Virus record (IMG/VR): IMGVR_UViG_3300027749_000046
Source: a virus
Reading direction: 5' to 3' (one strand)
DNA length: 64,000 nt
In this document: positions 20,803 to 30,559 of the stretch, piece after piece
Layout of the letters: every line of letters starts with the position of its first letter
Numbering within the stretch: position 1 is the stretch's first letter
The notes under the pieces: generated by a model
The model's input: the letters and a program-made list of their open reading frames with translations, nothing else
What the model was told of the DNA's origin: nothing
Databases searched by the model: none
Position numbers and translations under genes: made by a program

Positions 20803-21156
20803 TCAGGCTTTTATCTGGCCGCCGGTGGCGCCAGAAGTTGCATCTTTGGAAGTATTTGACTTATATATCGTGCCGAATACAACTGGTATCTGCTTGTCTT
20901 TATCCATCCAGAATCCAACTACAGTGGCTCCCTCTGTGACGAATGTAGGAGAAGTACCAATGTTATTATGACTCGAGCTCGTGATAGGAAGCACTGGGTA
21001 GGCCCACGGCAGATCTGTATCCGGTAAGTTTGTCTCGTCGTCGTGATAGCCGTAGATTCTAATCTTCAGCTTACCAGATTGAGTATCATCATTTTTTCTA
21101 TCTACTACTTTTGCCAAGAACCAATCGAATGTGGTCCCCATGTGTCTCTCTGTCAT
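20803..21156 (-). CDS. gp5 N-terminal OB-fold domain (stand-alone ORF)
   Basis: WFLAKVVDR...GKLKIRIYGYH...LPWA...VVGFWMD...PVVFG. Confidence 0.85.
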   Translation of the reverse strand: MTERHMGTTFDWFLAKVVDRKNDDTQSGKLKIRIYGYHDDETNLPDTDLPWAYPVLPITSSSHNNIGTSPTFVTEGATVVGFWMDKDKQIPVVFGTIYKSNTSKDATSGATGGQIKA

Positions 21157-22382
21157 TGTGCATCCTCTTTATAAGATCCCTTGATTCCCTCTATTGCGCA
21201 CGTGTATCTTGGCTTTGATCTAGGAGGTCCAATCATATGCCTAACTGCGGATATCAAGTACTTTCCCGATATGAACTTCTCTTCTGAGCTCGCGCCCGTA
21301 GAGAAGCCGGGATTAGTTATATTAGACTGGAATCCCATTCCAGCAGTGAGCTCTGAGTCTCCAATAACGTGAATCATGAGACTTCCCTGAGCTACTTGAG
21401 ATAAGAAAGCTCTCTGATTAGCCATCGTATCAGGTAAGAAAGTATCTGGCTTATGACTGTCTATTGGTATAGTGCTGTATACCGCAAAGCTATCGCTATT
21501 ATCATCAAAGAACTTTTGATTATTAGTCGACTTCATAGCGCCTTCTGCGGAGCTCATTCCAGCCAGCTTACCACCGCCGTACGGCTGGGTGTCTGTCTTT
21601 TCATAGCTCGTGTTGGCTATATTGAACTTTCTCGTTTGAACTTTTGGCTTGAGCAGCGTAGTATCGTACTGCTGTGGCTGATTGTAGCCTATTATATTTC
21701 TAAATGAGGGCTTGAAGAAGTCACCTCTTACCGTGATGTCGTTGGTGAATACCCTATCGCCGACGTCAATTTCCTTGAATAACTTCTCTAGGGACTTATA
21801 GTGATAGCCCTTTTGATTCTCAAACAAAAGGAAAGCCGATGACTTATCTTCAGAAGATATACTTCTCTTTCTCATCATATTTATGGCGTCAAAAGGTCTC
21901 AGACTCTGTATCAACAGCGGCTGCACTCCCTTGGTCTCCTGCACGTCGATGCTCTTCTGAGTCTTAAGCTGATTTGTGAGTACGTCCTTGACCATGTTTG
22001 ATATATTCGTGTTGTACGACTTCGTCATGTGCGTGAACTTATTCTTCTGAACTTCTTTAGAAGCGCACACGAGGGTATAAGATCTCGATTGGAGGGTTAC
22101 TTCTGAAACGCTGTTCTTCATTGATATGAGAGCAAACTCGTATTTTGCAGAGCTCTTTCCAGGCGTCTTAAATTCTAAGGTTACCGTCTCACCGCCGACG
22201 AGAGGCAGAATACTCGCCATGTTGCTGTTGTCTCTTATAGAGATCTCGGCGTATATTCCAGGAAAGAATATTGACTCGTACACAGACATAAACAACAGGA
22301 GCTCAGTTGCATTGACAGTCCCATTTTTGGACTTAAGACTGATGGTGTCTATCTCCACTTCACCTTCTACGGCTGGCATCAT
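21153..22382 (-). CDS. Baseplate hub protein (gp27-like)
   Basis: SVYESIFFP...LPLVGGE, FLLFEN and SGKYLISAVRH motifs; lies between gp53 and gp5. Confidence 0.7.
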   Translation of the reverse strand: MMPAVEGEVEIDTISLKSKNGTVNATELLLFMSVYESIFFPGIYAEISIRDNSNMASILPLVGGETVTLEFKTPGKSSAKYEFALISMKNSVSEVTLQSRSYTLVCASKEVQKNKFTHMTKSYNTNISNMVKDVLTNQLKTQKSIDVQETKGVQPLLIQSLRPFDAINMMRKRSISSEDKSSAFLLFENQKGYHYKSLEKLFKEIDVGDRVFTNDITVRGDFFKPSFRNIIGYNQPQQYDTTLLKPKVQTRKFNIANTSYEKTDTQPYGGGKLAGMSSAEGAMKSTNNQKFFDDNSDSFAVYSTIPIDSHKPDTFLPDTMANQRAFLSQVAQGSLMIHVIGDSELTAGMGFQSNITNPGFSTGASSEEKFISGKYLISAVRHMIGPPRSKPRYTCAIEGIKGSYKEDAQ

Positions 22383-22383
22383 A

Positions 22384-23295
22384 TCAAGAGAGCTCCGCTT
22401 TTAAGTTCTTTGTTACACTATTATATAGACTCTTGTCTAGGACTTTAACTGTATTCTTATCGCTGTTCTTTTCTGTCTCATAGTCATACGCGTATACCGG
22501 CGCCCAGTATGTGTACTCTCCCTGATTTATACTCCATATCGGCGTGGTATTTGCTACTGTTATACTCTGGGTGTAGCCAGAAGACAACCCATTTATATTC
22601 ATGCCGGTCGTTATAGAAGCAGTAGACAAGTTGTTCTTGAGAGTTACCACCGTGCTGTTCGAGTAGACTACCTCTCCAGTTCCAATTAAATTTACGTTAG
22701 AAGAATCATACACCTTGGCTAACTCGCCTGCGGTATAAGAAGTACCGGTGTTCGACGCGTTCACGCCATATGTAACTACGTAGTTTGTAGTTGAAATGAG
22801 CTCTTCTGGCTTTCTCTCGTAGTATATTATTTTCTCAAAGTTATCAAAAACTGGTCTCCAGTACTTCTTTAGATCTACCGGAATGACAGTACCGTTCATC
22901 ACGACACCTACGTCGAGAAGATCATAGGCAGCTTTATCTATTCTTCTCTCGTCCTCGTACCAGTTAGATCTGAAGAAAAGTATCTTCTGCTGTGATATCT
23001 CTATGCTTCCATACTTGTCTATTAGATAAGAGTTTAATGTATCTTGACTCAGCTTCCAGTCGTAGTAGGGATCTACGACTCCATTTGACATGTATATAAT
23101 CCAAGATGCATAAGCGTCTTGATAGTACTTCTCGGCTATATAGTCTGGTCTCTGATCATTAATTATAGTATAGTCATAGTAGGTATATGGACTGTACTTT
23201 GCCGTCTGAGATATCACGACTCTGCTCAGCAGATTGCGAACTGTATTATTTGCGTATGTTATCTTCTGAAACTTATCGAAGTACTTCTCAGACAT
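22384..23295 (-). CDS. gp53: Baseplate wedge protein gp53
   Basis: YFDKFQKITY; RPDYIAEKYY...WIIYMSN..DPYYDW; YDYETEKN. Confidence 0.88.
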   Translation of the reverse strand: MSEKYFDKFQKITYANNTVRNLLSRVVISQTAKYSPYTYYDYTIINDQRPDYIAEKYYQDAYASWIIYMSNGVVDPYYDWKLSQDTLNSYLIDKYGSIEISQQKILFFRSNWYEDERRIDKAAYDLLDVGVVMNGTVIPVDLKKYWRPVFDNFEKIIYYERKPEELISTTNYVVTYGVNASNTGTSYTAGELAKVYDSSNVNLIGTGEVVYSNSTVVTLKNNLSTASITTGMNINGLSSGYTQSITVANTTPIWSINQGEYTYWAPVYAYDYETEKNSDKNTVKVLDKSLYNSVTKNLKAELS

Positions 23296-23306
23296 TAATA
23301 TCTTCC

Positions 23307-24305
23307 TTATTGACCAACTGATTGTATAGCGCTATCCACATTCTGTATTACTCTAGCTCCAAGGGAGCCCGAGGCGCCTATGTTCTGTTCTGCTCCTTCT
23401 ATATCGTCTGAAGTCCAGATCTGAACTTCTTGAAATGATATAGAGAGCTCTATTGTAGTCGGCGCATTGCTTGTTACAAAGAACGAGGGTGTTGGATTTG
23501 GTGAGTAGTTGATGACTATGCCTGTAACTACAGCGGGCTTAAACTTATACATGTTATCGCCTTCTGGAGACAGCGATATATTGACCATGTCTGGAATAGT
23601 GAATATAGGATTACCTGCTACTATAGTTGGAAGGGAGTGTTTCTTAAATGTGTTTATTATATTACGAAGAGAAGCTGTTTCTTCTATACTCTGCGGATTA
23701 AATCTCCACTTGAATGAGTGGGACTTTAGATCCATACCCTTAAACAATAGAGTTAAGTAGGGATTCTGAGCTACGCCGAGATCTTGAAGTACGGCCCCAG
23801 TAAGACCAGGTGCAGCAACTGAAGCAGCTATAATACCACCATATACGCCTAATCCTGCTACGGTAACAGCAACATCTTTAGCAATACCCTTATAATCGTA
23901 TGAGTCGCCAGATCTATAGTGCTCTAGACCGCCGTATTTATTTTCTACTGTATCTAGAAGATAACCGGCTGCGCCGAGTTCCGTCGCAGAGTAGCTAGGC
24001 TTATAACTATCCACTAGATTATTTGGTATTGGAAGAGCCACGCGGGGACCAGAAACTGTTCTAATTGGATCTTTTGCAGAAGCTCTATTATATGCAACAA
24101 AGCTAAAGAGCATCTTATACTTACCAATATCTGATGGAAAGTAGTCAACCGCGCCGCTGCTTGTATTATTCACAACTACATTAGGGTCTGAGTTGTTATT
24201 ATTTTTGTTTATACCGGTATTATACACGGTATTATTATTGGTGGGAGGATTCACCGTTGGCGATTGTATATTGTGAGCTGCTAGTGTTATATCGCCCGTG
24301 ATCAT
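23307..24305 (-). CDS. gp48: Baseplate tail-tube cap gp48
   Basis: NPYLTLLFKGMDLKSHSFKWRFNPQS...IELSISFQE. Confidence 0.82.
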   Translation of the reverse strand: MITGDITLAAHNIQSPTVNPPTNNNTVYNTGINKNNNNSDPNVVVNNTSSGAVDYFPSDIGKYKMLFSFVAYNRASAKDPIRTVSGPRVALPIPNNLVDSYKPSYSATELGAAGYLLDTVENKYGGLEHYRSGDSYDYKGIAKDVAVTVAGLGVYGGIIAASVAAPGLTGAVLQDLGVAQNPYLTLLFKGMDLKSHSFKWRFNPQSIEETASLRNIINTFKKHSLPTIVAGNPIFTIPDMVNISLSPEGDNMYKFKPAVVTGIVINYSPNPTPSFFVTSNAPTTIELSISFQEVQIWTSDDIEGAEQNIGASGSLGARVIQNVDSAIQSVGQ

Positions 24306-24316
24306 TCTGGTTCCTT

Positions 24317-24324
24317 AATAAATA
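24317..24324 (+). promoter_or_regulatory. Late promoter variant (AATAAATA)
   Basis: 5 nt upstream of the gp4 ATG, in the divergent gap. Confidence 0.55.
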
Positions 24325-24329
24325 GTGGT

Positions 24330-24770
24330 ATGGCTCATAAAGGATTCTTTAAACCTAGAAACCCCTCTAAATACAGGGGAAATCCATCTAACATTATTTA
24401 TCGGTCCGGCTGGGAACTTAAGTTCATGATGTGGCTCGATGAGCATAAAGACGTGTTTGAATGGAGTTCTGAGGAGTTCTTTATACCCTATCGCAGTCCT
24501 GTAGACGGAAGAATACACAGGTACTTTCCGGACTTCTACGTGAAGAAGAAGAGCGCAGACGGTAAAATAGAGAGTCTAGTCATAGAGGTAAAACCCCTGC
24601 ACCAGACGCAAGAGCCAAAGAAGCAGTCTAAGCCCTCGAGAAGATACATCAATGAAGTCATGACTTGGGGAGTAAATGAATCAAAGTGGAAGGCCGCTAA
24701 TGAGTACTGTCTAGATCGCGGATGGCAGTTCAGATTAATAACCGAGAGAGAACTAGGAATTAAATTCTAA
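24330..24770 (+). CDS. gp4: Head completion nuclease gp4
   Basis: YKG-like start, IIYRSGWE, WSSEE...HRYFPDF, IEVKP, NESKWKAA. Confidence 0.93.
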   Translation: MAHKGFFKPRNPSKYRGNPSNIIYRSGWELKFMMWLDEHKDVFEWSSEEFFIPYRSPVDGRIHRYFPDFYVKKKSADGKIESLVIEVKPLHQTQEPKKQSKPSRRYINEVMTWGVNESKWKAANEYCLDRGWQFRLITERELGIKF

Positions 24771-25375
24771 TGGCAGAGTATTCATTTCAGTCACTAGCGC
24801 AAAAGGGCTCATCGGGAGCAAAGACCCCGAGCTCTATGCAGGCCACCAAGTGGTTTGGTGACGTCGCGAAGAGCATAAACAACGTCAACATAAGTAAGCT
24901 GCAGAAGTCTGAGCCGGGAAGACTCGTAGACAATATAACCAGCAGCTCAATAGGCCGCATGTACTCGTTCTTCTATGATCCAAAGCTCAAGCACACACTA
25001 CCCTACTACGACAGGTATCCTCTCGTATTTCCAATCGAGCTCTATAGCGATGGCTTCCTGGGAATAAACATGCACTATCTACCGCCGTTTCTACGCGCAA
25101 AACTGATGGACGCTCTCTATACTACTATAAATAATACTAAATTCGACGATACGACTAAGATAGTAGTTTCTTATAATATACTCAATGGCGCTTCTAGATT
25201 TAAGTACTTTAAGCCGTGTATAAAGAGATACCTACACAGTCACGTAAAGTCAAAGTACATGGACATAAGTCCAACACACTGGGATATGGCACTCATGCTG
25301 CCGACAGAGAGATTCGTAGGGGCTGACGCTGGAACCGTTCAGGGTGAATCAGCAGACAAGATAAGCAGGAAGTAA
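24770..25375 (+). CDS. gp2: DNA end protector protein gp2
   Basis: GRMYSFFYDPKLKHTLPYYDRYPL...GINMHYLPP...KPCIKRYL. Confidence 0.93.
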   Translation: MAEYSFQSLAQKGSSGAKTPSSMQATKWFGDVAKSINNVNISKLQKSEPGRLVDNITSSSIGRMYSFFYDPKLKHTLPYYDRYPLVFPIELYSDGFLGINMHYLPPFLRAKLMDALYTTINNTKFDDTTKIVVSYNILNGASRFKYFKPCIKRYLHSHVKSKYMDISPTHWDMALMLPTERFVGADAGTVQGESADKISRK

Positions 25376-26127
25376 TGCCAGTAAGTATCAACCAGTTCAA
25401 GTCAAATCTCCAGCAGGGAGTTCTCGTTCCCAATAGGTTCGAGGTGACTATAACTCCCGGCAGCCGAGTGTACAATAGTCTCAATAGGGCTGTATTCAAT
25501 CGCGTGTCCGGCTCAAACATTAGATTCTTTATCAACGGCGTTAATCATCCCGGTATATCAGCTCTAACCACAGATACTATGAGATATGGGTATGGTGTGC
25601 CGCAGAAGATGCCTTATGGAGTAAGATACACCGACCTATCAGTTTCTGCATTGATAGACAATGACGGCAAGATTCTAAATATGTTTAGAACTTGGATGAA
25701 GATGGTAGTCAACTATGACATACCAGAGAATCAAACTATAAATGATCGCACGGGCGTTAATCCTCAGCATAATCCATATGAGGTGGCTTATCACGATGAG
25801 TACACAACTAATCTCAGAATAAGTGTCTATGATACTAGCGATTTTGTCGTATCTGAGATCAACTTTGTCGAGGCGTATCCTATATCTATTGGAGACATAG
25901 GCCTAAACTGGAATGCAGGTAGTCAAGCTCTACTTTCAGTTACATTTGCCTACAAGTACTGGTATGGTTCGGGAAACAGCGCGCTTCCTATAAACAACAG
26001 TACCGGCAGTATTAAAGTAAGACTTGCTGGAGGTGACCAGCCTCAGCCGTCGAGCGATACCATACCCTATCCTGGATATAATAAATTAATATCGCCTATT
26101 CAGGGAACACCTATACCACCACCTTAA
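25375..26127 (+). CDS. gp54: Baseplate tail-tube initiator gp54 (tube-like fold)
   Basis: PNRFEV...EAYPISIGDIGLNW...VTFAYKYW; synteny. Confidence 0.75.
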   Translation: MPVSINQFKSNLQQGVLVPNRFEVTITPGSRVYNSLNRAVFNRVSGSNIRFFINGVNHPGISALTTDTMRYGYGVPQKMPYGVRYTDLSVSALIDNDGKILNMFRTWMKMVVNYDIPENQTINDRTGVNPQHNPYEVAYHDEYTTNLRISVYDTSDFVVSEINFVEAYPISIGDIGLNWNAGSQALLSVTFAYKYWYGSGNSALPINNSTGSIKVRLAGGDQPQPSSDTIPYPGYNKLISPIQGTPIPPP

Positions 26128-26142
26128 TAATGGAGCTACATA

Positions 26143-26853
26143 ATGCCTCTACCTAAGATTGAGCACCCAATACTCGAGTGCATACAACCTTCTACAAACA
26201 AGCCTATAAAGTATCGTCAGATGCTGGTAAAAGAAGAGAAGATTCTTCTCATGGCAAAAGTATCGGACAACATCGCCGACATATACACCAGTATCAAGCA
26301 GGTAGTAAACAACTGCGTTCTAGAAGATAAGTTCGATGTAGACATGATACCGATCTTTGATCTTGAGTTTATCTTTCTAAAGATCAGGGCGGCTTCAGTA
26401 GACAACATCGCTAAGATAAGCTTTAAGGATAGCGAGGACGATAAGGTATACGACTTTGAGATTAATCTCGATGAGATCAAGGTGGTGTTTCCAGATAAGA
26501 TCGATCGCGTAGTAAAGGTAAACAAGCAGGTCGGCTTTACACTGAACTATCCAAACGGCAAGCAGTACGACAACATGGACTTCTTGACTGAGAAAGATAG
26601 AGCCTTTGAGCTCATGGTCATCGGCTGCATAGATAAGATCTTTGATGGAGATGAGATCATCGATCCGATAACCACTCCTAAAGAAGAGCTCTTTGAGTTC
26701 ATCGAGAGTCTAGACACAAAGACCTATGATAAAGTCAGAAGCTTCTTATCGTCAGTTCCATCAATCAGCCATACTCTTAATTATAAGAATTCACTCGGCA
26801 ATAAAAAAGAGATAGTGCTGAATACGTTAACTGATTTTTTTACGTTTCGTTGA
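26143..26853 (+). CDS. gp26: Baseplate hub assembly protein gp26
   Basis: MPLPKI...LVKEEKILLMA...FDLEFIFLKIRAASV; ends TDFFTFR. Confidence 0.9.
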   Translation: MPLPKIEHPILECIQPSTNKPIKYRQMLVKEEKILLMAKVSDNIADIYTSIKQVVNNCVLEDKFDVDMIPIFDLEFIFLKIRAASVDNIAKISFKDSEDDKVYDFEINLDEIKVVFPDKIDRVVKVNKQVGFTLNYPNGKQYDNMDFLTEKDRAFELMVIGCIDKIFDGDEIIDPITTPKEELFEFIESLDTKTYDKVRSFLSSVPSISHTLNYKNSLGNKKEIVLNTLTDFFTFR

Positions 26854-27026
26854 GTCATAATACACTAGATAATTACTACAAGACTATATTTGCTTTGACT
26901 CAACATCATAAATACTCTATTAGTGATTTAGAGAATCTCATAGTATTCGAGAGAGACATATATGTAGATATGCTCTCGAAGTATCTAAGAGATCTAGAAG
27001 AGAGGCAGAGCAAGAAAAATGGGTAA
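26850..27026 (+). CDS. gp51: Baseplate hub assembly catalyst gp51 (58 aa; weak TTG start, possibly reached by -1 frameshift)
   Basis: Hand-translated: LSHNTLDNYYKTIFALTQHHKYSISDLENLIVFERDIYVDML..., matching the gp51 pattern; below the ORF-track cut-off. Confidence 0.85.
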   Translation: MSHNTLDNYYKTIFALTQHHKYSISDLENLIVFERDIYVDMLSKYLRDLEERQSKKNG

Positions 27027-27486
27027 TCCTTTTGTAGACGAAGATGACGCTAACGCATCTCCGACTGTAGTGCTAAACAGCGCCGTAAGTCCATCTACTA
27101 TTATGGCTCAGCAGACTGTGCAGATGGCGTCAACTCAGGCCACTGCTCAGGCTCAAGCTTCTGTTGGTCTGGCTCAAGCAAATATTGACAATAAAGTCGT
27201 AGATGCTCAGCTGCAGAAGGAAGATGAGCACTGGGTAAAGTCATATTGGAGACCAGCAATGGGCTGGCTCTATATGGCTATCAACTTAATGGACTTCATT
27301 GTATTTCCCGCCATAAGCATGTTCATTCCGATTGTATATAAGGCATTTGGCGTGCCACTTGGTTATACCGCTTGGGTTCCACTGACTCTATCTAACGGTG
27401 GATTGATTCATCTTTCGTTTGCTGCTATTCTAGGCGTGGCTGCATACACCCGCGGGCAAGAGAAGCTAGCAAAAGTGAGCTCATAA
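27019..27486 (+). CDS. Holin-like membrane protein (GTA 3TM holin type)
   Basis: WRPAMGW...hydrophobic segments...ILGVAAYTRGQEK. Confidence 0.7.
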   Translation: MGNPFVDEDDANASPTVVLNSAVSPSTIMAQQTVQMASTQATAQAQASVGLAQANIDNKVVDAQLQKEDEHWVKSYWRPAMGWLYMAINLMDFIVFPAISMFIPIVYKAFGVPLGYTAWVPLTLSNGGLIHLSFAAILGVAAYTRGQEKLAKVSS

Positions 27487-27489
27487 GAC

Positions 27490-29046
27490 ATGGTGGACAT
27501 ACCGGGCGGTATCTACAGGACAGTAACTGGTGCCGCCAAGGCAGTTGGCAGAGAGACTCTCGCCGGAGTAGTAGGTCCGCGCGGAGCCGACGCACTTATA
27601 AGAAACTTCTCAAGCGCAGCTGCTACTAACACGAGCGCCATGCAGGGAGTTATGCGCGCTGTAGTTGAGTCTAATAGATTAAACACTCAGATCTACAAGG
27701 AAGTTCGCTCTCAGAGTGTTCTTCTCGACAGCATGAACATGAATATGCTGGCGATAAAGAACGGCATAGCGAACTTGACATATCAATTGTCCGGCGGTGG
27801 AAATAGATCTACCAATGTAATATCACAGAGTGGAAACTCGGAAGACACAGGTCTGCTGGGTATGATTACATCTGGCGCAGTAGACTCTGTGGTACCAATT
27901 ATTGTTCCAGTTGTAGCCGCCGTGCTGGCCGGAATATTTGGGGCTAACTATAAAGATATAGTAAAATACTTAAAAAAAGACCCCTATGAAAAAGGCGGTA
28001 GCACAGGTCAAGAATCTCGTACTCGCAATAACTACGCTCGCGATCCAGAGACCGGTCAGTACTCAGAAGAAGCATTTAAGAAAGAGACGACAAGACCGGG
28101 TTTCAATCCCGACAACTTAGTATATGACTACAATAGCGATGTTAAGTCGGGTGCACCAGTTCCCCCTTATATAGAGAAGTACGTTGAGCAGCTCAGAGAC
28201 GAATCCAAAAAGAGGGGAGAAGAAACTCCTAAGTCAAGTACAAACTTAGGATTTAAGCAAGATATCTCTCCGACTCCATCACCCGATACGACAAAGTCAT
28301 CTGTTCTGGGCATGCCTATAGAGAGAGTCCATGAGCTCTATAAGAAGTTTGGTGCGCCCGGTCCATCTGGTTCAAATGGAATGCTTCCCGATAACGCTCT
28401 GACTACAGTAGATGGAACTAAAGCAGAATCAGCAACTGCCGCAGACTATCTCAAGATGAAAGAAGCAGCTGCGAAAGACGGCGTAAGCTGGGGTAAGCCG
28501 AGCGGTTATAGAACTTACGACGAGCAGGTAGCACTCGCTGAGCAGAAAGGAATATACGGGCACGGCGGACTGGCCGCTACTCCTGGAAGATCTAACCATG
28601 GTCTCGGCATGGCCTTTGACCTAAGCGGTATGAACGACAAGGCCTTCAAGTGGCTTGAGCAGCATGGTACAGACTATGGATTTAAGACTATACCAGGAGA
28701 AAAGTGGCACTGGGAGCATACAGCACAGAGACAAGCCGCTCTTGGAACAGGCGCCAGCAGGCAGGCGAGCGAAGAGTCATCAAGCAAAGTTGCAATGCTA
28801 GAGCCGGGCAATAGTACTGGCGATAATATAGCGAGTAACTCTATAAAGAGAGAAGAACAGCAAGCAGTATCTCCTTCAGTTATCATGCAGAGTTCTGCGT
28901 CCGATACAGATCACGCGAGAGCCAATCCTATAATGCCAAAAGGCGCAAATGATCCAAGTCCACACAGCGTGCCGGATGTGCATAGTAGGTCCATCATAGC
29001 GAGTCTGTTTGGCATGGACGCCGACCCTAGACTAGGAACTGCATAG
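27490..29046 (+). CDS. Virion-associated protein with M15 (D-Ala-D-Ala carboxypeptidase-like) peptidase domain
   Basis: SGYRTYDEQ...ATPGRSNHGLGMAFD...EKWHWE. Confidence 0.85.
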   Translation: MVDIPGGIYRTVTGAAKAVGRETLAGVVGPRGADALIRNFSSAAATNTSAMQGVMRAVVESNRLNTQIYKEVRSQSVLLDSMNMNMLAIKNGIANLTYQLSGGGNRSTNVISQSGNSEDTGLLGMITSGAVDSVVPIIVPVVAAVLAGIFGANYKDIVKYLKKDPYEKGGSTGQESRTRNNYARDPETGQYSEEAFKKETTRPGFNPDNLVYDYNSDVKSGAPVPPYIEKYVEQLRDESKKRGEETPKSSTNLGFKQDISPTPSPDTTKSSVLGMPIERVHELYKKFGAPGPSGSNGMLPDNALTTVDGTKAESATAADYLKMKEAAAKDGVSWGKPSGYRTYDEQVALAEQKGIYGHGGLAATPGRSNHGLGMAFDLSGMNDKAFKWLEQHGTDYGFKTIPGEKWHWEHTAQRQAALGTGASRQASEESSSKVAMLEPGNSTGDNIASNSIKREEQQAVSPSVIMQSSASDTDHARANPIMPKGANDPSPHSVPDVHSRSIIASLFGMDADPRLGTA

Positions 29047-29047
29047 T

Positions 29048-30559
29048 ATGGCAGATTCACCAGGTGGGCTATATAGGACAACTACTGAAGATCAAATATC
29101 CTCTGCAACAAAGAGCTTTGCGGGACAGACAGCTTCATTTAGAAATGTATCTAGCGCTGTTACCACATCTAATAGAATAACTAATCAGGTCTATAAAGAA
29201 GTCAGAAATAATACCGCTCTTCTCAATAGTATAAACTTGAATATGATAGGTCTAAAGAACGGCATAGCGAACTTGAGCTATCATCTCTCTAGACAGACGT
29301 CAAATAAACCTGATACAATTGGTTCACAAAAAAGAGAAAATGGAAGAGGAATCACAGAGTACCTCATACCTGTTGCCGCTGGTGTTATAGCAGCTCTGGG
29401 ACTATCTTCTACTACAACTAATGCCAAAGACGATAAACCGCCACCAGAGAGCAGTGGTTCTACTGCGTCGCCTGATGTCAAAAAAAGTGATGTGCCGTCT
29501 GACGTTAAAAAGAGTGACACAACTGGACAAAGTATTCCTGCGCCAGAGGGTAGAACAGAAGCTCCAGCCGCAGCGCCTGTAAAGTCTCAGCCTGCTCAGT
29601 CGCTGCAAACACCAGCGAGTAAAGCGCCTGATGCAGAGAAAGTACAGCAAGCTCCTGCAGTGCCTGCACCAGCAAGTCCATCTGTACCCCCTATAGCTGC
29701 AACTCCACTTCCGCCTCTCAAAGAAGCTAAATCAGAGAAACCAGCGCCAGTTCAAGGGCCTCATACTCCTGGATCTCCATGGAATAAAGATCGTATAGAG
29801 GGAAAAGATATCCCTCCGCCCGCAGAGAAGCCAGTTCCTCTCCCTCCTGTAAGACCGCCAGAAGAGAAGAATGAGCCAGTTAAAAAAGATAAAGCTGCTG
29901 GTGATTCTAATTTAGTACGCATGAATAAACGCACATATGTGGGTAAGCCTGAATTTATATCCGCATCAGACATACTCAGCTATCTCATGGGTAAGACTGA
30001 TAGAGTTCATGCAATAGGTATCATTGCAAACATGGAGCGCGAGTCGAGCTTCAGTCCAAATGTTCTTGGGGATGATAAAACATCAGGGGGACTATTTCAG
30101 CACCATCTTGATAGATTCAAAGCGATGAAGGACTACGTGGGTCCAAACTGGACTAGTGATTGGAAGAAGCAGATCGACTATGCCTTCAATGAGAAACAAA
30201 TGAATGATTATCTGGCTAAGAAATTCAAGAATAGCGAGGCCGCGGCTTCTGAATTTGTTGATATATTTGAACGTCCTAAAGATGGGACAAAGGCAAAAAG
30301 CGGTGCTATAGCAAACGCAAAGAAATACGATAAGTCATCTGATGCTGGAGATACTCTCAATGATAGGTCTATGAATACAGAGGCTAATAGAACTGCAATG
30401 GCAAACAGACCCATCGTACTTCCTGTTCCAAGCCAGAGAGGCACGCAGATGACTGCCAATAGAGGTTCAGGCTCTGGAAGATCTGGTAGAAGTAATCCAC
30501 TCTTTGCCGGTGAGATCATCGGTCATCTGTTTGGATTGGATGACCATCAGGCTGCATAA
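29048..30559 (+). CDS. Virion-associated protein with phage tail lysozyme domain
   Basis: GIIANMERES...GGLFQ...QIDY...FERP, preceded by a Pro-rich linker. Confidence 0.8.
   Translation: MADSPGGLYRTTTEDQISSATKSFAGQTASFRNVSSAVTTSNRITNQVYKEVRNNTALLNSINLNMIGLKNGIANLSYHLSRQTSNKPDTIGSQKRENGRGITEYLIPVAAGVIAALGLSSTTTNAKDDKPPPESSGSTASPDVKKSDVPSDVKKSDTTGQSIPAPEGRTEAPAAAPVKSQPAQSLQTPASKAPDAEKVQQAPAVPAPASPSVPPIAATPLPPLKEAKSEKPAPVQGPHTPGSPWNKDRIEGKDIPPPAEKPVPLPPVRPPEEKNEPVKKDKAAGDSNLVRMNKRTYVGKPEFISASDILSYLMGKTDRVHAIGIIANMERESSFSPNVLGDDKTSGGLFQHHLDRFKAMKDYVGPNWTSDWKKQIDYAFNEKQMNDYLAKKFKNSEAAASEFVDIFERPKDGTKAKSGAIANAKKYDKSSDAGDTLNDRSMNTEANRTAMANRPIVLPVPSQRGTQMTANRGSGSGRSGRSNPLFAGEIIGHLFGLDDHQAA

Noticed and set aside
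20794-20805. Stop-codon readthrough or genome-wide recoding joining the gp5 pieces
   Set aside because: Two different in-frame stops (TGA, TAA) intervene; all three stop codons end conserved genes normally and no suppressor tRNA is seen
1-23760. Many short plus-strand ORFs in the track opposite the structural genes
   Set aside because: Antisense shadows of long, recognisable minus-strand genes; no RBS or family motifs
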